From Octopus sinensis (Eukaryota), in the NCBI RefSeq assembly GCF_006345805.1, contig NC_043009.1, positions 28,768,001 through 28,832,000 of the forward strand: 64,000 nucleotides of DNA, in the 5' to 3' direction. The first letter of the stretch is position 1. Every line of letters begins with the position of its first letter. The notes under the pieces are model-generated. The model saw only the letters and a program-made list of their open reading frames with translations, was not told the origin of the DNA and made no database searches. Made by a program: the position numbers and the translations under genes. Of this stretch, positions 11,974 through 26,548 are shown piece by piece.

Positions 11974-12493
11974 TGATGTATATGTTCATACTTTGCACAT
12001 GTATAATGAAATAGTCAGCATTAACCAAATCGTTTTATGCAACCAGGGAGCAGGGAACTAACTCCAAGGACAACAAGTGCTTTCATCTGATTTACTCAAA
12101 TAAATAGTCAAGTTAATTACATTTAGTCATTTAATTTATTTTCCTAGTTTATTCTTTTTATACATATTTTTTTATATTATTATATTCAATGTACTCTACT
12201 GGAGGCAATAGGAGAGGGTGATGCATTAGTTCTGACTTTAGGTTTTTATTGACGATTTTTTGGGTTTTTTTTTCTGTTCTCTCTTTTCTATTCTTTCACA
12301 ACATATTTTGCCATCCACTTCTTTTCGTGTTTCTGAGAGAAGAGAGATTTATTTTTACATTGTTCAAGTGCTTCATACATTTGTGTTTGTGTGTGTGTGT
12401 GTGTGTGTGCGTGTGTGTGCATGTGTGCATGTTTATATGTGTGGTGTGTGCGCACGTATGTATATATGCACAAATATATATACATGCATATAC

Positions 12494-12546
<53 letters not shown>

Positions 12547-13601
12547 AGTGTACGTATTTATACACAAAAGCAGTACAAAATAGGACACCTTACATGCTAG
12601 AAAGGGCAGTTAAACCCCAAACCGCGAATAGATTAATTTCAAAGGGAATGAAAAATATAACTATTTCTGTACTTACCCCTAGACTCAAGTTTCTGCATTA
12701 ATGTGCAAATAAATTAATTTGCTATCTGGGTAACTATAGTAATATTTGCTATAGGGCTAACTATGGTATAGAAATATTAAAATTTTTTCTTCCCTATTCG
12801 TGGCTTTAACTGCTCTTTCTAGCATGTAAGGTGTCGTGTTAAAGGTCACTTCTTTTGTGTATTAATACATACACTATTTTATATAAAAATGTATTGTCTA
12901 TTGACTTTATTATGCATGCTGGCCACTGGTAGAACATTTCTCTAGATTTTTTACCCTTATGATATATATATATATTATATATATATTATATATATATATA
13001 TTACATATATATATATAATAAAAACTTACTTGGAGGATAAGAAACGACGCGAGGCGCTCAGTCATATAATAACCATTTAACAAATAAAATTTGTTATTAT
13101 ATATATATGTGTGTGTATATACATACATGTATATATTTTTTTATTTGGATATATCATGTGGCAACATGATGTGTGCACTTTTACAATGAAGGAATAAATA
13201 TTTCTACCTAAAAATACTGTCCCTCTTCATAAGTAGGTTTTACATTTCATGTACTTGTTGTTTTTCTGCCTGAGTTAATTTTGGCTGAGTATACCAACAA
13301 CTTAAATCTTAATCCCAGAAGGAAGCATTCAACGAGAGTTTCTGGCTATGGACATAGATATAGAATAATTTTGTGAAGTAGAGTTTGCTACCATTTAAAA
13401 CAAGTACTCAAGTCTACAGTCTCTAAAATATACTTGAAAATATAAAACTGACATAGAGATAGAATTCTTTAAGGTAATTATCTGTAAGAAGTGGTAAGCT
13501 ATTTTTTCAAGCACTTGCCCTTCATCAGAAAGTAAAAATACTTTAGCCACCTATTCTGTGTTTGTATTTTATTTTTGTTATCCTCAGCATCGTCGTCGTC
13601 G

Positions 13602-13632
<31 letters not shown>

Positions 13633-13670
13633 TCTCTTCTTCTTCTTCTTCTTCTTCTTCTTCTTTTCTT

Positions 13671-13701
<31 letters not shown>

Positions 13702-13710
13702 TTATTATTA

Positions 13711-13753
<43 letters not shown>

Positions 13754-13805
13754 TATTATTATTATTATTATCATTATTATTATATTATTATTATTATTAT
13801 TATTA

Positions 13806-13845
<40 letters not shown>

Positions 13846-14041
13846 TGATTTCTGCAAATGGCTATGTGTTAGATTTTTCTGGTGCAAACCCTTATTATTT
13901 TATTTAGATTCTGGATCTTAATCAGGAAATATAATTCTTCTACACATTTTAGGTATTCTAACACATTCTCTAGCAAGACATCTTCACATGTTGCATAAAA
14001 CGAAAAGAAAACAAAATATCCAGAAATAAAAGTATGTTTAA

Positions 14042-14658
14042 CCCTTTAGCATTTTAAATTGTCCATATCCATATCTTTGCTATTATGCAAAAGTGTCGTA
14101 AGTCCAAAACGTTGCATTTTCTGAAAACGAAAATATAATTTCACCACTGCATTTCCTTTTACATTAGCCACAGTTCCAGCTTAATAATAATATATTGTTG
14201 GCTGCATAAAATCGTAACTCCATGTATGTTATATTTTCAGTCAGAAATATTTTTTTGCAAAACTGTCGTATGTGGGACTTACTACACACTTGAAAAATGC
14301 TAAACTGTTGAACTACACTTTGACAAATTTTTATATCTTGGCATCTGAAGTAGCTGGATATACAATAGTTTGACCAAAAGAACTGGCTATTGCAAGCAAA
14401 ATTAAATATTGAATAAATGCATTTGGCCAAATTTGAACATACGACAGTTTAACATATTAGCAACGATATAAAATATCCAGTATTGTTTTATCTTCACACT
14501 GGCCAGATCTGGCCTCTTGCACTTTCCTGACAATATTATTCTGAAAATAAACAATCATGTCATTGAAAGCTCAAAGCTACAAAGTAATGGATGACAAATT
14601 TAAATCAATGAGAATAAACAAACATTACATTTGACAGAGAAATCTGAATGCTAAAGGG
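14042..14658. mobile_element. piggyBac-like MITE (TTAA target duplication)
   Basis: TTAA-CCCTTTAGCATT ... AATGCTAAAGGG-TTAA. A related degenerate copy starts at ~21049. Confidence 0.8.
14071..14469. mobile_element. non-autonomous DNA transposon with ~39-bp imperfect TIRs, nested in the piggyBac-like MITE
   Basis: Left end ATATCTTTGCTATTATGCAAAAGTGTCGTAAGTCCAAA; reverse complement of right end ATATCGTTGCTAATATGTTAAACTGTCGTATGTTCAAA. Confidence 0.65.
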
Positions 14659-15279
14659 TTAAAAACTCAGATACCAACTAGATTAGTCAAAGTGGCCATT
14701 CTCAGCTTCCAGCATTGCCTCAAGACAGTTTCAGAATCTGGCACATGCATTCCTTTCAGTGTCCTTGTTAAAGATTTTTGAACACCTCCTTTGGTGTTTG
14801 GCACGAATTGCTGGCTTCAGTCCCATTGCATGAAACTTTGGGCAAGTGTCTTCTACTATAACCGTGGGCTGACCAAAGCCTTGTGAGTAGATTCGGTAGA
14901 TGAAAACAAAAAGAAGCCTATCGTATATATATATATATATACACATACATGTTTTATATGTATATATATTAATGGTTATTTTTAAAAATAACATACCTGC
15001 GTTCCCTTCATCATATATGTAGTAATCACATTTGGTTAAAATGTCTTATTGATGTATTTTGTTTCTCTTTTTTTTTACCTGATGAGAAGATTGCATTGTT
15101 TTTCCTTATTTTATTCCTTCTAGGATAATACCAGTGTTTTCTTTGAAACATATGTTTGAAGTATAAAGATTTGAATAATACCCGTGTTTAACTCCATTTA
15201 TTTATATATTATTTTATATTTATATACACACACACACACGCATATATATATATATATTCACACACATACACACATTAGT

Positions 15280-15590
15280 GGGACCGATGCTAGGGCCATC
15301 TGACTGGCTCCCATTCTGGTAGCATGTAAAATGGACCATTCGAGTGTGGTCAATGCCAGTGCCATCTGACTGGAACCTGTGCTGGTGGTACGTGGAAAGC
15401 ACCATTTGAGTGTGGCTAATGCTGGGGCTAACTGACTGTCTCCCATGCTGATAGCATGTAAAAAGCACCCACTACACACTTGGAGTGGTCGGCATTAGAA
15501 AGGGCATCCAACTATAGAAACCTTACCAGATCAGATTGGAGATTGAAAAGTGGACATTAAAATGATGACGACGACGATGATGATGATATA
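15280..15590 (+). mobile_element. RTE LINE 3' end (degenerate)
   Basis: AAAAAGCACCCACTACAC...AAGGGCATCCA followed by a (GAT)-type tail. Confidence 0.7.
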
Positions 15591-16262
15591 CATACTGCTT
15601 ATTTTTACTTGCTTCACAACTTAAATCAGTAAATAAATTTTGATATCTGCAAGAATTATATCACAACCTTTCTCTTGATCAGTCAAAAGCACTACTTTTG
15701 ATTGGTTCTTCTAACAAAAGTGTCTGTGAATTTTTAGCTGTAAATATATTCTCTAAAGTTCAGAAAATGTTTATTCAGTCAACAGTAATTGAATTAATGA
15801 AACCCGAGGGAAAAGTAATTAGATAATTACTAAACATGTTACATGTATCCTTTCATTTAATTCACTTGTAGAGTTTACTAGTTTTTCAATTGGAAGTCAA
15901 GGAACTTCTAGGCTCTACTGGAGTTTATTAAACCAGAGCAGGTGTTTTATAAATAGATTTAGGTTGAGCTAAGCAAGAGCTCTCTCTTAAAGTAGGTTTA
16001 CTATCTTGTAGACATGTTGCAAAACTAACAGAGTATAAAAGATTTATTTCAAGCACGTTAGCTTTATAATTTGTTTATCACTTCACACCTAACAATTTCC
16101 ACATCAACTCTGATTTGATAGGTGTTTGATAGGTGTCTGGTGTGGTCTGGTGTCCTTGCTTCCCTGCTGTACTTACCATTTTGTCAATAAGACGTATTTA
16201 TAAGTATTTCCTTAGAACTCACTCTCTGTCTCTTTCTGTCTGTCTGTCTGTCTCAATCTCTG

Positions 16263-16293
<31 letters not shown>

Positions 16294-17937
16294 GTCTCTC
16301 TCTGTCTCTCTCTCTCTGTATCTCTCTCTCTCTTGCTAAGGGATTCTGAGAGTTGGCAACATGGCCCATCATGATGAAATTTAATTTAAGCATTGGAGAA
16401 AGAGATTGTGAGCAGATAGATGGGAAGAGGAAGAGGTAGAAACAGAGGAATTGAAGATGAAGAAAAAAGAAGGGGAGAAAATGAAGAGAGATTAAGAAGA
16501 AGAAGCAGAAGAAAAAGAAGACAAAGAAGAATAAGAAAGAAGAGGAGGATGATGAGGAGATGAAGAAGGAGGAGGAGGACGACGAGGAGAGGAAAACAGA
16601 GGAGGAGGAGGGGGAGGAGGAAGAAGAAGAAGAAGAAGAAGAAGAAGAAGAAGAAGAAGAAGAAGAAGAAGAAGAAGGTGTAACAAAACAAACAGGATGC
16701 AAATTAAATGATATTGACAATGATGAAGTTGATGATGACAGTGACAAGCATATCAGTAATAATGATGACGACGATGATGATGATGCTGGAAATGATGATG
16801 ATGATGATGATAATGGTGGTTGTGGTGGTGGTGATGTTGATGATGAGAATAAATAACAAAAAGAAGAAATAGCTTCCAAAATTTAATCTGCAATAGGAAG
16901 TGAAATACGAAAATGCAGCCTTCGATTCTAATCTGCAAGAATGGTGAAAGTAAATACCTTGTCGAAAGTTAGAATCGGTTCCTCTAAAAATACAAAACTG
17001 AACTTGGAAACCTTTTCGTTACGTATCGATTTACTGAAAATGTAGAATGTGCTGCTAGAATCTGTGACAGAGACACACATTTTTATTGAATTTTAAAATT
17101 AATATGAAATTGAGAAAATTAATTTGGAAAGGTCAAAAATTCGGAAAGATGCTAAATTGATGCCGCTATAACAGTCTCTAATCCGTGCTTATCAATACAT
17201 TCCAAATTCTAAATTTACAAAAGATGCTTGCACAAGAAAAATCTCAATCTCCTACTCTCTCCCCGCCTCTCTTTCTCCCTCCCTTTCTGCCCACCCATTT
17301 GTCTGTCTGTCTGTCTGTCTCTCCCTCTATCTACTTCGATATACTAAATCTTTATCCCTCTCTCTTTATTTCTCTTCCATATAACTCTCACCCTTTCCCT
17401 TCTCTTTCTTTTTCTTTTCTTCTCATTGTTTCTCTTCATCTTTTCTTTTTCTATATTTTAATTTACTGCCACATAATTCCTTCGTAATCCCATCTTGAAA
17501 GAAAACAGTTTAAGAAAGATGCGTTGCTCTCTAGACAGTAGAAGCAATATTTAGTCATGCATAGAGTGATATCTGTGTAATATAGCTCAGAATTATTTTA
17601 AAAACAGTTTCCTTTATTTTGTCTTGTTTCAATTTTCTGAAATTCTCCTTTTTTTTTATTACTTTCTTTCTTTCTATTTTTGCCTATTTTACTTTTATTG
17701 ATTTATTTATTTATTTTCCTATTTTTAAAAAATTTTTATTTTTATTTCGAAGTCCGCAGTAATCAAATCATGTTGTGGACTGGCATTTTAACTTAGCTGC
17801 ATTTTAACTTTTGGAATAAAAGCAAATTATGAAAAGTAAATACAATAATAATAATAATAATAATAATAAGGATAATAAATATAATAATAATAACTACATG
17901 AGCAGTCATAATAATAATGACGATGATAATAAAAATA

Positions 17938-17976
<39 letters not shown>

Positions 17977-17982
17977 GTGGTG

Positions 17983-18026
<44 letters not shown>

Positions 18027-18116
18027 TACATGAGCAGTCATAATAATAATGACGATGATAATAAAAATAATGATGATGATGATGATGATGATGATGTGAT
18101 GATGATGATGGTGGTG

Positions 18117-18160
<44 letters not shown>

Positions 18161-18183
18161 CAACGATAAGAATAGTAGTAGTT

Positions 18184-18220
<37 letters not shown>

Positions 18221-18252
18221 TGATGATGATGATGATGGTGGTGGTAATAATA

Positions 18253-18297
<45 letters not shown>

Positions 18298-19849
18298 GTA
18301 ATAATATTAATAATAATAGTGATAATGATAATGATGATGATGATGATAATAATCCAAAAATATCTAATGTAAATATAAGAACACAAACAGAAGTAAAATA
18401 CAAAAAAAAAACAAACAAAGAAATTTAAAAAAAACCTAGAAGACACCAAACTATGTTATCAGATGAAAAACTCTTTTAGATTTAAAACAACCAGAATTGG
18501 AAACAAATTGAAAAAAAAAAACTAAAACAAAAAGTAAAGAATTATTTGAAGAAATATAGGCTAGTTCCAACACGAAAACTTAGTCATCAAGAGGAAAAAG
18601 AGATTAATTCTATGTGATAGATGTTTCAATCTCCAGCCATCGGATCGATGTTTTAAATCCTGAAACTTCACTATTCTGGATCCACCCCTTTCTTTCTCTT
18701 TGTTGTTGAAAAGAAGGATTAAATGGTGATATTGTTTAATTAGTGTTATGTAGAATATGTGTATGTATGTAGGTGTGTGTGTGTGTGTGTGTGAGTGTAT
18801 GCGTGGATTGCTTTCTATGTATGTATGTAAGTGTATGTGAGTGTATTATCTATGCATCAATTTATGTGTTTGGATATTATTAAACAGCATTTATATATGT
18901 GTTGGTCTCTGTGATACTGTTATATAAAATATGTGCGTATATATGTGTATATTTATGCATCAATATATATGTGTGCATCCGTGTGTGTCTGTATATTATG
19001 TAGCATGTATGAATGTTAGTCTGTGTACATAATACAATTAAATACAATGCATGTGTACATGTATGTGAGTTGCTTTCCATGCATGTGTGTTGTAAATGTG
19101 CTTCCCTGTGCATATATGCATCTATCTATCTATCCGTCTATCTATCTATCTATCTATCTCTATATTTGTCAGTATATTATGTGGTATATATGTATATTTG
19201 CTTTTAGATTATGAGGCATATATATGTGCTAGTTTGTGTATGCGTGGTGCTTAAATATCGTAATGTGTAAATTATGCATGTGAAGCACTTCCATGTTTGC
19301 ATGTAAACATGTATTTCTGTATGTCTTTACATGTGTATATATTAGTCTGCATATTTGACATTTTATTAGTGGTGTATATATAATATGCATGTGTTTGTGT
19401 GTAATTGCTAACATTCACTGTATAATGTATGTGTTCGTTTTCCTGCTTGATTGTGTTTGTATGCCAATGTATGTTGGCAAATATTACACTATATGTGTGT
19501 GCTATGCATATGGATGCAAGCATGGCCAAGTGGTAGACAGATTTGCTTTGCAGCTATGAGGCTGCAGGTTCGATTCTCATGTGTATCATCTTGGTAGATA
19601 TCTTTTACCATAACCTTGGATGGATCTAAATTTTGCAAGTGAAACTGGGTAAATGGAAACTGCGTGGGAGAGTATTGGATGGAATATACTTGAAATTTAG
19701 AAGATGCAGTCTTGTCACATACAGTATGTTCTGGCTAAATTTAACGATTTTTATGTCTCCCTTTTTTTAGGAATACCTTGATGTATGGGTGAACAGTCAA
19801 TGGTATTGGAGAGCATAAAGATTAAAGCTTAGTTGCAAAAACCATTAGC

Positions 19850-20523
19850 TGGCAAGGAAGAGTGGAAGCCATCTGAATATTGGTAAGGAGTTACCTATAT
19901 CATGAAGATTTGTACCGATTATCAAGATGTGAACATTATGATTGCTGCATGATGTTCTGTGAATATTACAAAAACTGTAAGACATGACATGGACTGCTGC
20001 AATGGAGACGACGAAGCTGTGGTCAAGAGGAAGAGACAAATGCTGGAATTCATCGTTGAATTGGACATTAGGCTATGTGAAGCTGCTGGAGACTGTGGAC
20101 AAACCCTGACTGTAAAGGATTGCTGCTGGAAGGCCATATGTGTGGCAACATGGTTCGGCTCCTTGTCATACCTTCGATTAGAGTCAGAAATAGTTGTTGG
20201 AGAATTTCTTTGACTATACCAGCCCCAATTTCTGGTCTTTTAATTCCCTCGGTTGTACTCCAATGGTTTACTATATGTGAGGTATAATTGAGAAAGACAC
20301 CACAGTTCTAGCTGTAATGCCAGTGCCAAGCCAGTGGCCAAGATCAAGGAAATGCTCAAAGATCTTTTGCGGCCAGGGTGAAAGCCAAGGTCAGCTTCTT
20401 TGAGTAAACTGTTATATCCCAGCCATAGTCCAGTCGATATTTTTTTACTTTTAAAAATATTTTTGCAGATTTTCTTTTCTTTTTCTTTTAATTAAATGGA
20501 CAAATTTAGCCCTAACACCCTGC
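19850..20523 (+). pseudogene. decayed DD37D/maT-like transposon
   Basis: Near 20218 reads TSPNFWSFNSLGCTPMVYYM*GIIEKDT (compare WPPNSPDCNPLDYYVWG). The right end ...CACCCTG resembles that of the 62043-62897 element. Confidence 0.5.
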
Positions 20524-20577
20524 ACTCTGTCATGTTGATTCTATTTGAGAATTTTGTTAAGGGTACATGAGTCTGTG

Positions 20578-20882
20578 TGGAGGCACATGGCTCTGGGGTT
20601 AGAGTAGTAAACTCACAATCGAGTGATCATGGGTTCGAATCTCAGACCAGGCGATGTGTGTGTTTATGAGTGGAACACCTAAGCTCCAAGCAGCCCCAGC
20701 AGAAGATAATGATGAATTTCTACTGACTCTTTCTCCACAACTTTCTCTCATTCTTTCCTCCTGCATCAATCAGCTCACCTGCGACAGACAGGTGTCCCAT
20801 CCAGGTGGGGAACCTATACGCCAATGAAACTAGGAAACCAGCCCTTATGAGCCAGGCATGGCTCAAGAAGGAACAAGCAACA
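20578..20882 (+). mobile_element. tRNA-derived SINE, family 3 (Meta/V-domain-like core)
   Basis: A box TGGCTCTGGGG and B box GGTTCGAATC; core CCTGCGACAGACAGGTGTCCCATCCAGG...GAAAC; tail GAAGGAACAA. Confidence 0.65.
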
Positions 20883-21779
20883 TATGGGTCTGTGGAGTAC
20901 TCAGACACTCTGAACACTAATTCTGTGGATCCTTGTATTTAGAATTGTGCATGTTATTGGTATCATTTAGCTCTAGGTTAGAACTAACAGAGAGCATCTA
21001 TGATCATAGGAGGCATCCCATCTGTGACCACCCTGTATTTTACTTATGTTTAACCCTTTAGTACTCAAACTAGCCATATCAGGCCTATCACACTTACCTT
21101 ACAATGTCATTCTAAAAGTAAAACAATCACATCATTGAAATCTTAAACCTACAAGATATGATAAATTGCAAACAAAATGAAAAAATAAGCATTACATTTG
21201 GTAGAATAATCTAAACACAAAAAGAATTAAGGAATCCAGAGAACAACAACAACAACAATACGACCAATACCACCATAACCCCACCCCTACTGTCACCATC
21301 ACTGCCAAAACAACCATTGCCACTCCCATCATCACTACCACCACTGCCGTGGCCCACCACCACCTCCACCATCACTTCTATTAGGACCAATACTATAACC
21401 CTCACCTTCATCACCTCCACTCCCATTGCCTTTTTGGCTGGTAAAAGCATCATCCTTTAATCTCTGCAAGAATGTGAAGAAATTCCTTTTGCTGAATCAA
21501 AGAAAAAAAAAAGAATAGACTCCATTCTTGGTGGCTAAAAGAAGAAGACAGGAAGAACATGCTAACCATTTCCTACCAACCATTATACTAACATAACCAG
21601 AATCGTTTCATATGAGTTATATATTAAGAAAGATCTTATGACAACATGAGCATTTAATTAAAGAAACATGATATTGGATTCTAATTTTATGAATAAAAGT
21701 TGAAACAAGACAATGGTATTGGGAAATATATATTTTGTAAGGTGTTAAATAGTGCAGTGCAAAACCTGGGTCAACAAAC

Positions 21780-21842
<63 letters not shown>

Positions 21843-22420
21843 ATCCAAACAAGAAAACACAGAAAAAAACACAGCAACAGGACGCGAGGACGTGGAACAA
21901 TTAAAGTATTATTTGATACTCAGGAAAGAAGGGAAGGAGGGTTAGATTTCCAAGTGGTAGAAGAGACTAGAAATGACTATGGTGACCATGAGAGATTGGC
22001 AAAAGTGTTGGTCAAGCCTTTGTCACACACAGAGATCTCCATCTATCATCAGTGAGATGGCTATCATATAACAAGATGAAACAATCGTCATTGTACATAT
22101 ATGTGTGTGTGTGTGTGTGTGTGGTGTGTGTACGTGTGTGTGTGTGTGTACGTGTGCGTGTGTATGTGTGTGTGTGTGTCTGTGTGTGTGTGTGTGCGTT
22201 TGTGTGTTTCTTGCAGTGGAATTGTGCTAGTGACCAAGTTGCAATTGGTGTGCTGAAAATTTTGACACTGTATAATAAATGACTGGATGATGTCATCAGT
22301 TTTTGTGTGTTTTTGGATGGTTTAATAAGTGTCTTTCATGCTGTAACTGCTTTAGTTACAACACATGGTATCAGGTCAAATCACTTGCTAGGCAAGTATA
22401 CCTCTGAAAATATATATATG

Positions 22421-22458
<38 letters not shown>

Positions 22459-22517
22459 TTTAGATATAGATATATACATATGTATGTACATATACATATG
22501 TGTGTATATATACAAAC

Positions 22518-22565
<48 letters not shown>

Positions 22566-23299
22566 CACGTGTTTGGCCAGACTATAGGATGTTGTTATAC
22601 ATCACTAATCACAATGTGCTTTACATTGTTTTAACTTTGAATGATGGCACCCCACTGGCTAGGTGAGCAGATCAATTCATATATAAATGCACATACATAC
22701 GTGCACACACACACACGTATGATATATATATATATATTATATATATATATATATGTATGCATATATTTGTATACGTATGTATTGTTTTAAGTGGAATGAA
22801 CAAGCAGTACCAGAAACAAGAGAATGAATATTGAGAAAATTTCTCTGGCCTGGATAATGGGACGAGAACAATCTACTTACCCATGCGGAATGAATAACAA
22901 GTCTGGCTTGAAATTCTAAGAATGTTACTGAATATGAAAGGTGCTTGAGGAAGGTCATTAGGTGCAATGGCTCTAATGTGGTAACTATAGTAACCAAACA
23001 TGAAGACACTAGTCAGAAGATATATAAATGTATAATTAGTGTTTCTAATTTAGGAACGAGGACAGCAGTTTTAAGGAGACGGGTTCTTTTTAGCCAATAC
23101 TATTGATCCTAGTGCTTACCTGGTTCTTTGTTTAAGTGGCCCTTGTGAGATGGGAGGTGAAGTTGACCTTTGCAAGATTTGAACTCAGAATATAAAGGAC
23201 TGAGATAATATGATAATGACAGTTGGCAGTATCATTGTCTTCATCATTGCTATCATCGTTGGTGTCATCATAATCATCATCGTTGTCATCATCATAATT

Positions 23300-23331
<32 letters not shown>

Positions 23332-24699
23332 AATAATAATAATAATAATGATCCTCATTGTCATCATTGTAGTCATCCTCATTATCATTAACATCATCGT
23401 TGTCATCATAAGCTTCATTTTCATGATCATTGTCATCATTGTTGTCATCATCATCCTCATCAATATTAACATCATCATTACCATTGCTCGTCATCATCAT
23501 CATCATCATAATAATAATAATAATCTTCATTGTCATCATTGTAGTCATCCTCTTTATCATTAACATCATCGTTGTCATCATAAGCTTCATTACCAAGATC
23601 ATTGTCATCGTTGTTGTCATCATCATCCTCATCAACATTAGCATCATCATTACTATTGTTGTCATCATCATCTTCATCATCAACATCATAGCTTTTACTG
23701 TTATCATTACCGTCATCATTTTAATGCCTAGATTTCATGTTTGCATGAATCCGTATATATTGCAGAAAGGTTATACAATAATTCAACCATAAATTTTACG
23801 CTTATAATTCCATGGCTGAATGGTTAAGAAGTTCACTTTATAGCCATAATGTCATAGGTTCAATCTCAATGCTTGTTATCTCAAATAAGTGTCTCTTACC
23901 ATAACTTTGAATCATGGAATTACTTTGATGGAAACTGGGTAGAAGCCCATTATATTGAGTTTACATGTTATTCTTGAAGTTCTACTCTTGTCACAGTCAC
24001 ACATTGTGCCATGTTGATTCAGTCTGGGATTATGTTTTAAAGGCTACATTTTACTCAGGAGTACTCAACCACTTACTTTAAGAAATAAATACTTAAGTAG
24101 CTTGAGTGACTGAATAGTCATCATCAAAACCAGTGAAAGATCCAAAAGTAACCTTCTAGCAATTGTCCTCATCAAGTTCGCCTTCAGAGGTGAGTTTCTG
24201 GAGAACCAGCTGGACAGAAGAAGATCTGTCTACAAACAGGTGAATCTAACATGGTGCCAATCAATAGAAGGTAAAAACATGAAAATTATCCCTCAAGTCC
24301 AGCACAGCATCAATGAATAGTGTGTGGAGGCACAAAACCCCTCACACAAAAACCAACATTTTATCAACAGATTATGTGTGGGGACATAATCCTTACTTGC
24401 ATATCTCGTATGCATCTGCTCTGGAATTTAGCTGCTGTTGGTGGCTGTAGCCTCTGTATTTGCAGATATTCTATAGAAAACTTGAGTAAAACTACTTATT
24501 ACATTATGTCTTATGATTTAGGTGGTCCTTCCACTTTCACAGTAACCCAGTAAACCAATTATATCCACAAGAAACATTCAAAGAAAATTATTACTGAAGG
24601 CTAATGAAACACTCATCACTTTTACAGTGTTTCCACTGTTTGTGGCAAGGATTTCTTTATATGCTGTGTTGCTCCCAGTTTACAGCTTGGCTGCTCATT

Positions 24700-25035
24700 C
24701 CTGAGTCATATAGACTCATAGGACCAGTTTCCTGGATTCTGTGATGTACATATTCTCCCTCTGGGTGGGACACCAGTCTGTTCCAGGAAAACTCAGTTTT
24801 CCAGCTGAGTGGACTGGAGCAAAGTGAAAAGACTCATAGGACCAGTTTCCTGGATTCTGTGATGTATATATTCTCCCTCTGGGTGGGACACCAGTCTGTC
24901 CCAGGAAAACTCAGTTTTCCAGCTGAGTGGACTGGAGAAAAGTGAAATGAAGTGTTTTGATCAAGAACTCAATGCAGAGTCCGGTCCAGGAATTGAAAAC
25001 ACTATCTTGCACTCTAACCACTAAGCCACGTTCCT
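24700..25035 (-). mobile_element. tRNA-derived SINE with an internal 118-bp tandem duplication
   Basis: Minus-strand head TGGCTTAGTGGTTAGAG...TTCAATTCCTGGACCGG. Segment 24713-24830 is repeated at 24831-24947. Confidence 0.7.
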
Positions 25036-26472
25036 ACACCAGACAAGGAAACTGGGCTATTTGATAGTTATCTCTTTTGCTATTATATATCTCTTGAAAT
25101 ACACTGCTCTTCCCTCAGTTAAGTTTTTTAAATAATTAAAAGTTCAGTAAAATAACCTGACAACTAATCATTATTAAGTTGACACTTGAAACATAAATGA
25201 ATTGGAATTTTGAAGGAAAGTTTTAATTTCGATCAATTTAACCTTTTTCCAAACATATTTCTGTTTTGAAATACACTGTTTTTGTTTCATTTAATTTTGG
25301 AAATAATGTAGAATTCAGTAAAATAACTTAGTCATTATCAAGCTGGCGTTTGGAACATAAATTAACATAGAATTTTAATGGGACCTTTTAATTTAGACTG
25401 CTTTAAAACAGGAAGTTTGCATCATAGAACCAGTTGCAGTCTCAGATGTGTTTGTATCAAAAGTGTTTAGTGTATTGGTTATGTACGCAATACTGTGTCA
25501 GTGGACAAAGATATGAATGGTTGACCCTGAACAAACTGCTGGTCATTTAGTGCATTATTGATCTGACCAACCATACAATCTCAGTGAATGAAACTTCTGT
25601 AAAAATAATAACATGCTGCGAGAAACAAAGCATACATACAGACAAACAATAGCAAACTCACGCACACACACACACAGACTTACATGTGCAATCCTTCACA
25701 CAAACATAGCATAGAAACACATACATACACACATATATATATATAGAGAGAGAAAGAGAGATATACTTATATGATTATATATAAATAGATTGATAAATAT
25801 CTATACATATATATATACGCATACATGCACACACACTATATATATATATTCATACATATATATAAATACATATATACATATGTGTGTATATATATATGTG
25901 TATATAGACACACATACATATACATACATACATATATATATGTATATATATATATATATATTTACATATATATATACATGTATACACACACACGCACATA
26001 TATATATATATGAATGTGTGTGAGTATGTATGTACTTACATAATCACTCGCAGATATGTACATTGACAAAAGCTATAAGAAGGCAGATTTTTACCAAGTT
26101 GCTACAATACTCTTTGAAAAATCAATACTCTAACTGCAAAATCAAAGAGAAAATTCACTCTTGGTTATTCTCATGTCGTCTCTGGTTCCACTTTTCTTAA
26201 CTTAGCTCAGATTCCTCCTCCCCTCCTCTCCTCCTCCACCTTCCCTTTTCCTCTTCTTCTTCCACCTCACTTTTATTTTATTTTGCTTTACATTCATTCT
26301 GTTTTTTTCTATGATGTTTTTTATTTTCTTTGTTTTGTTTTTGTGTTTTGTTTGTTTTCATAATTGTTATTTATTTTTGTTTGTTGTATTCGTTATTATT
26401 ATTGTTGTTATTATTATTATTATATTATTATTATTATAATTGTTGTTGTTGTTGTTGTTGTTATTGCTGTTA

Positions 26473-26548
<76 letters not shown>

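Noticed and set aside
13500-13535. Minus-strand CTGATGAAGGGCAAGTGCTTGAAA hammerhead-like motif
   Set aside because: Stem II is weak, and there is no stem I or III support.
15075-15160. CTGATGAG...GAAACATATGT possible hammerhead
   Set aside because: Stems I and II are not convincingly paired; at most a decayed Penelope remnant.
16560-16856. Acidic 98-aa ORF
   Set aside because: It consists almost entirely of GAA/GAG/GAT repeats.
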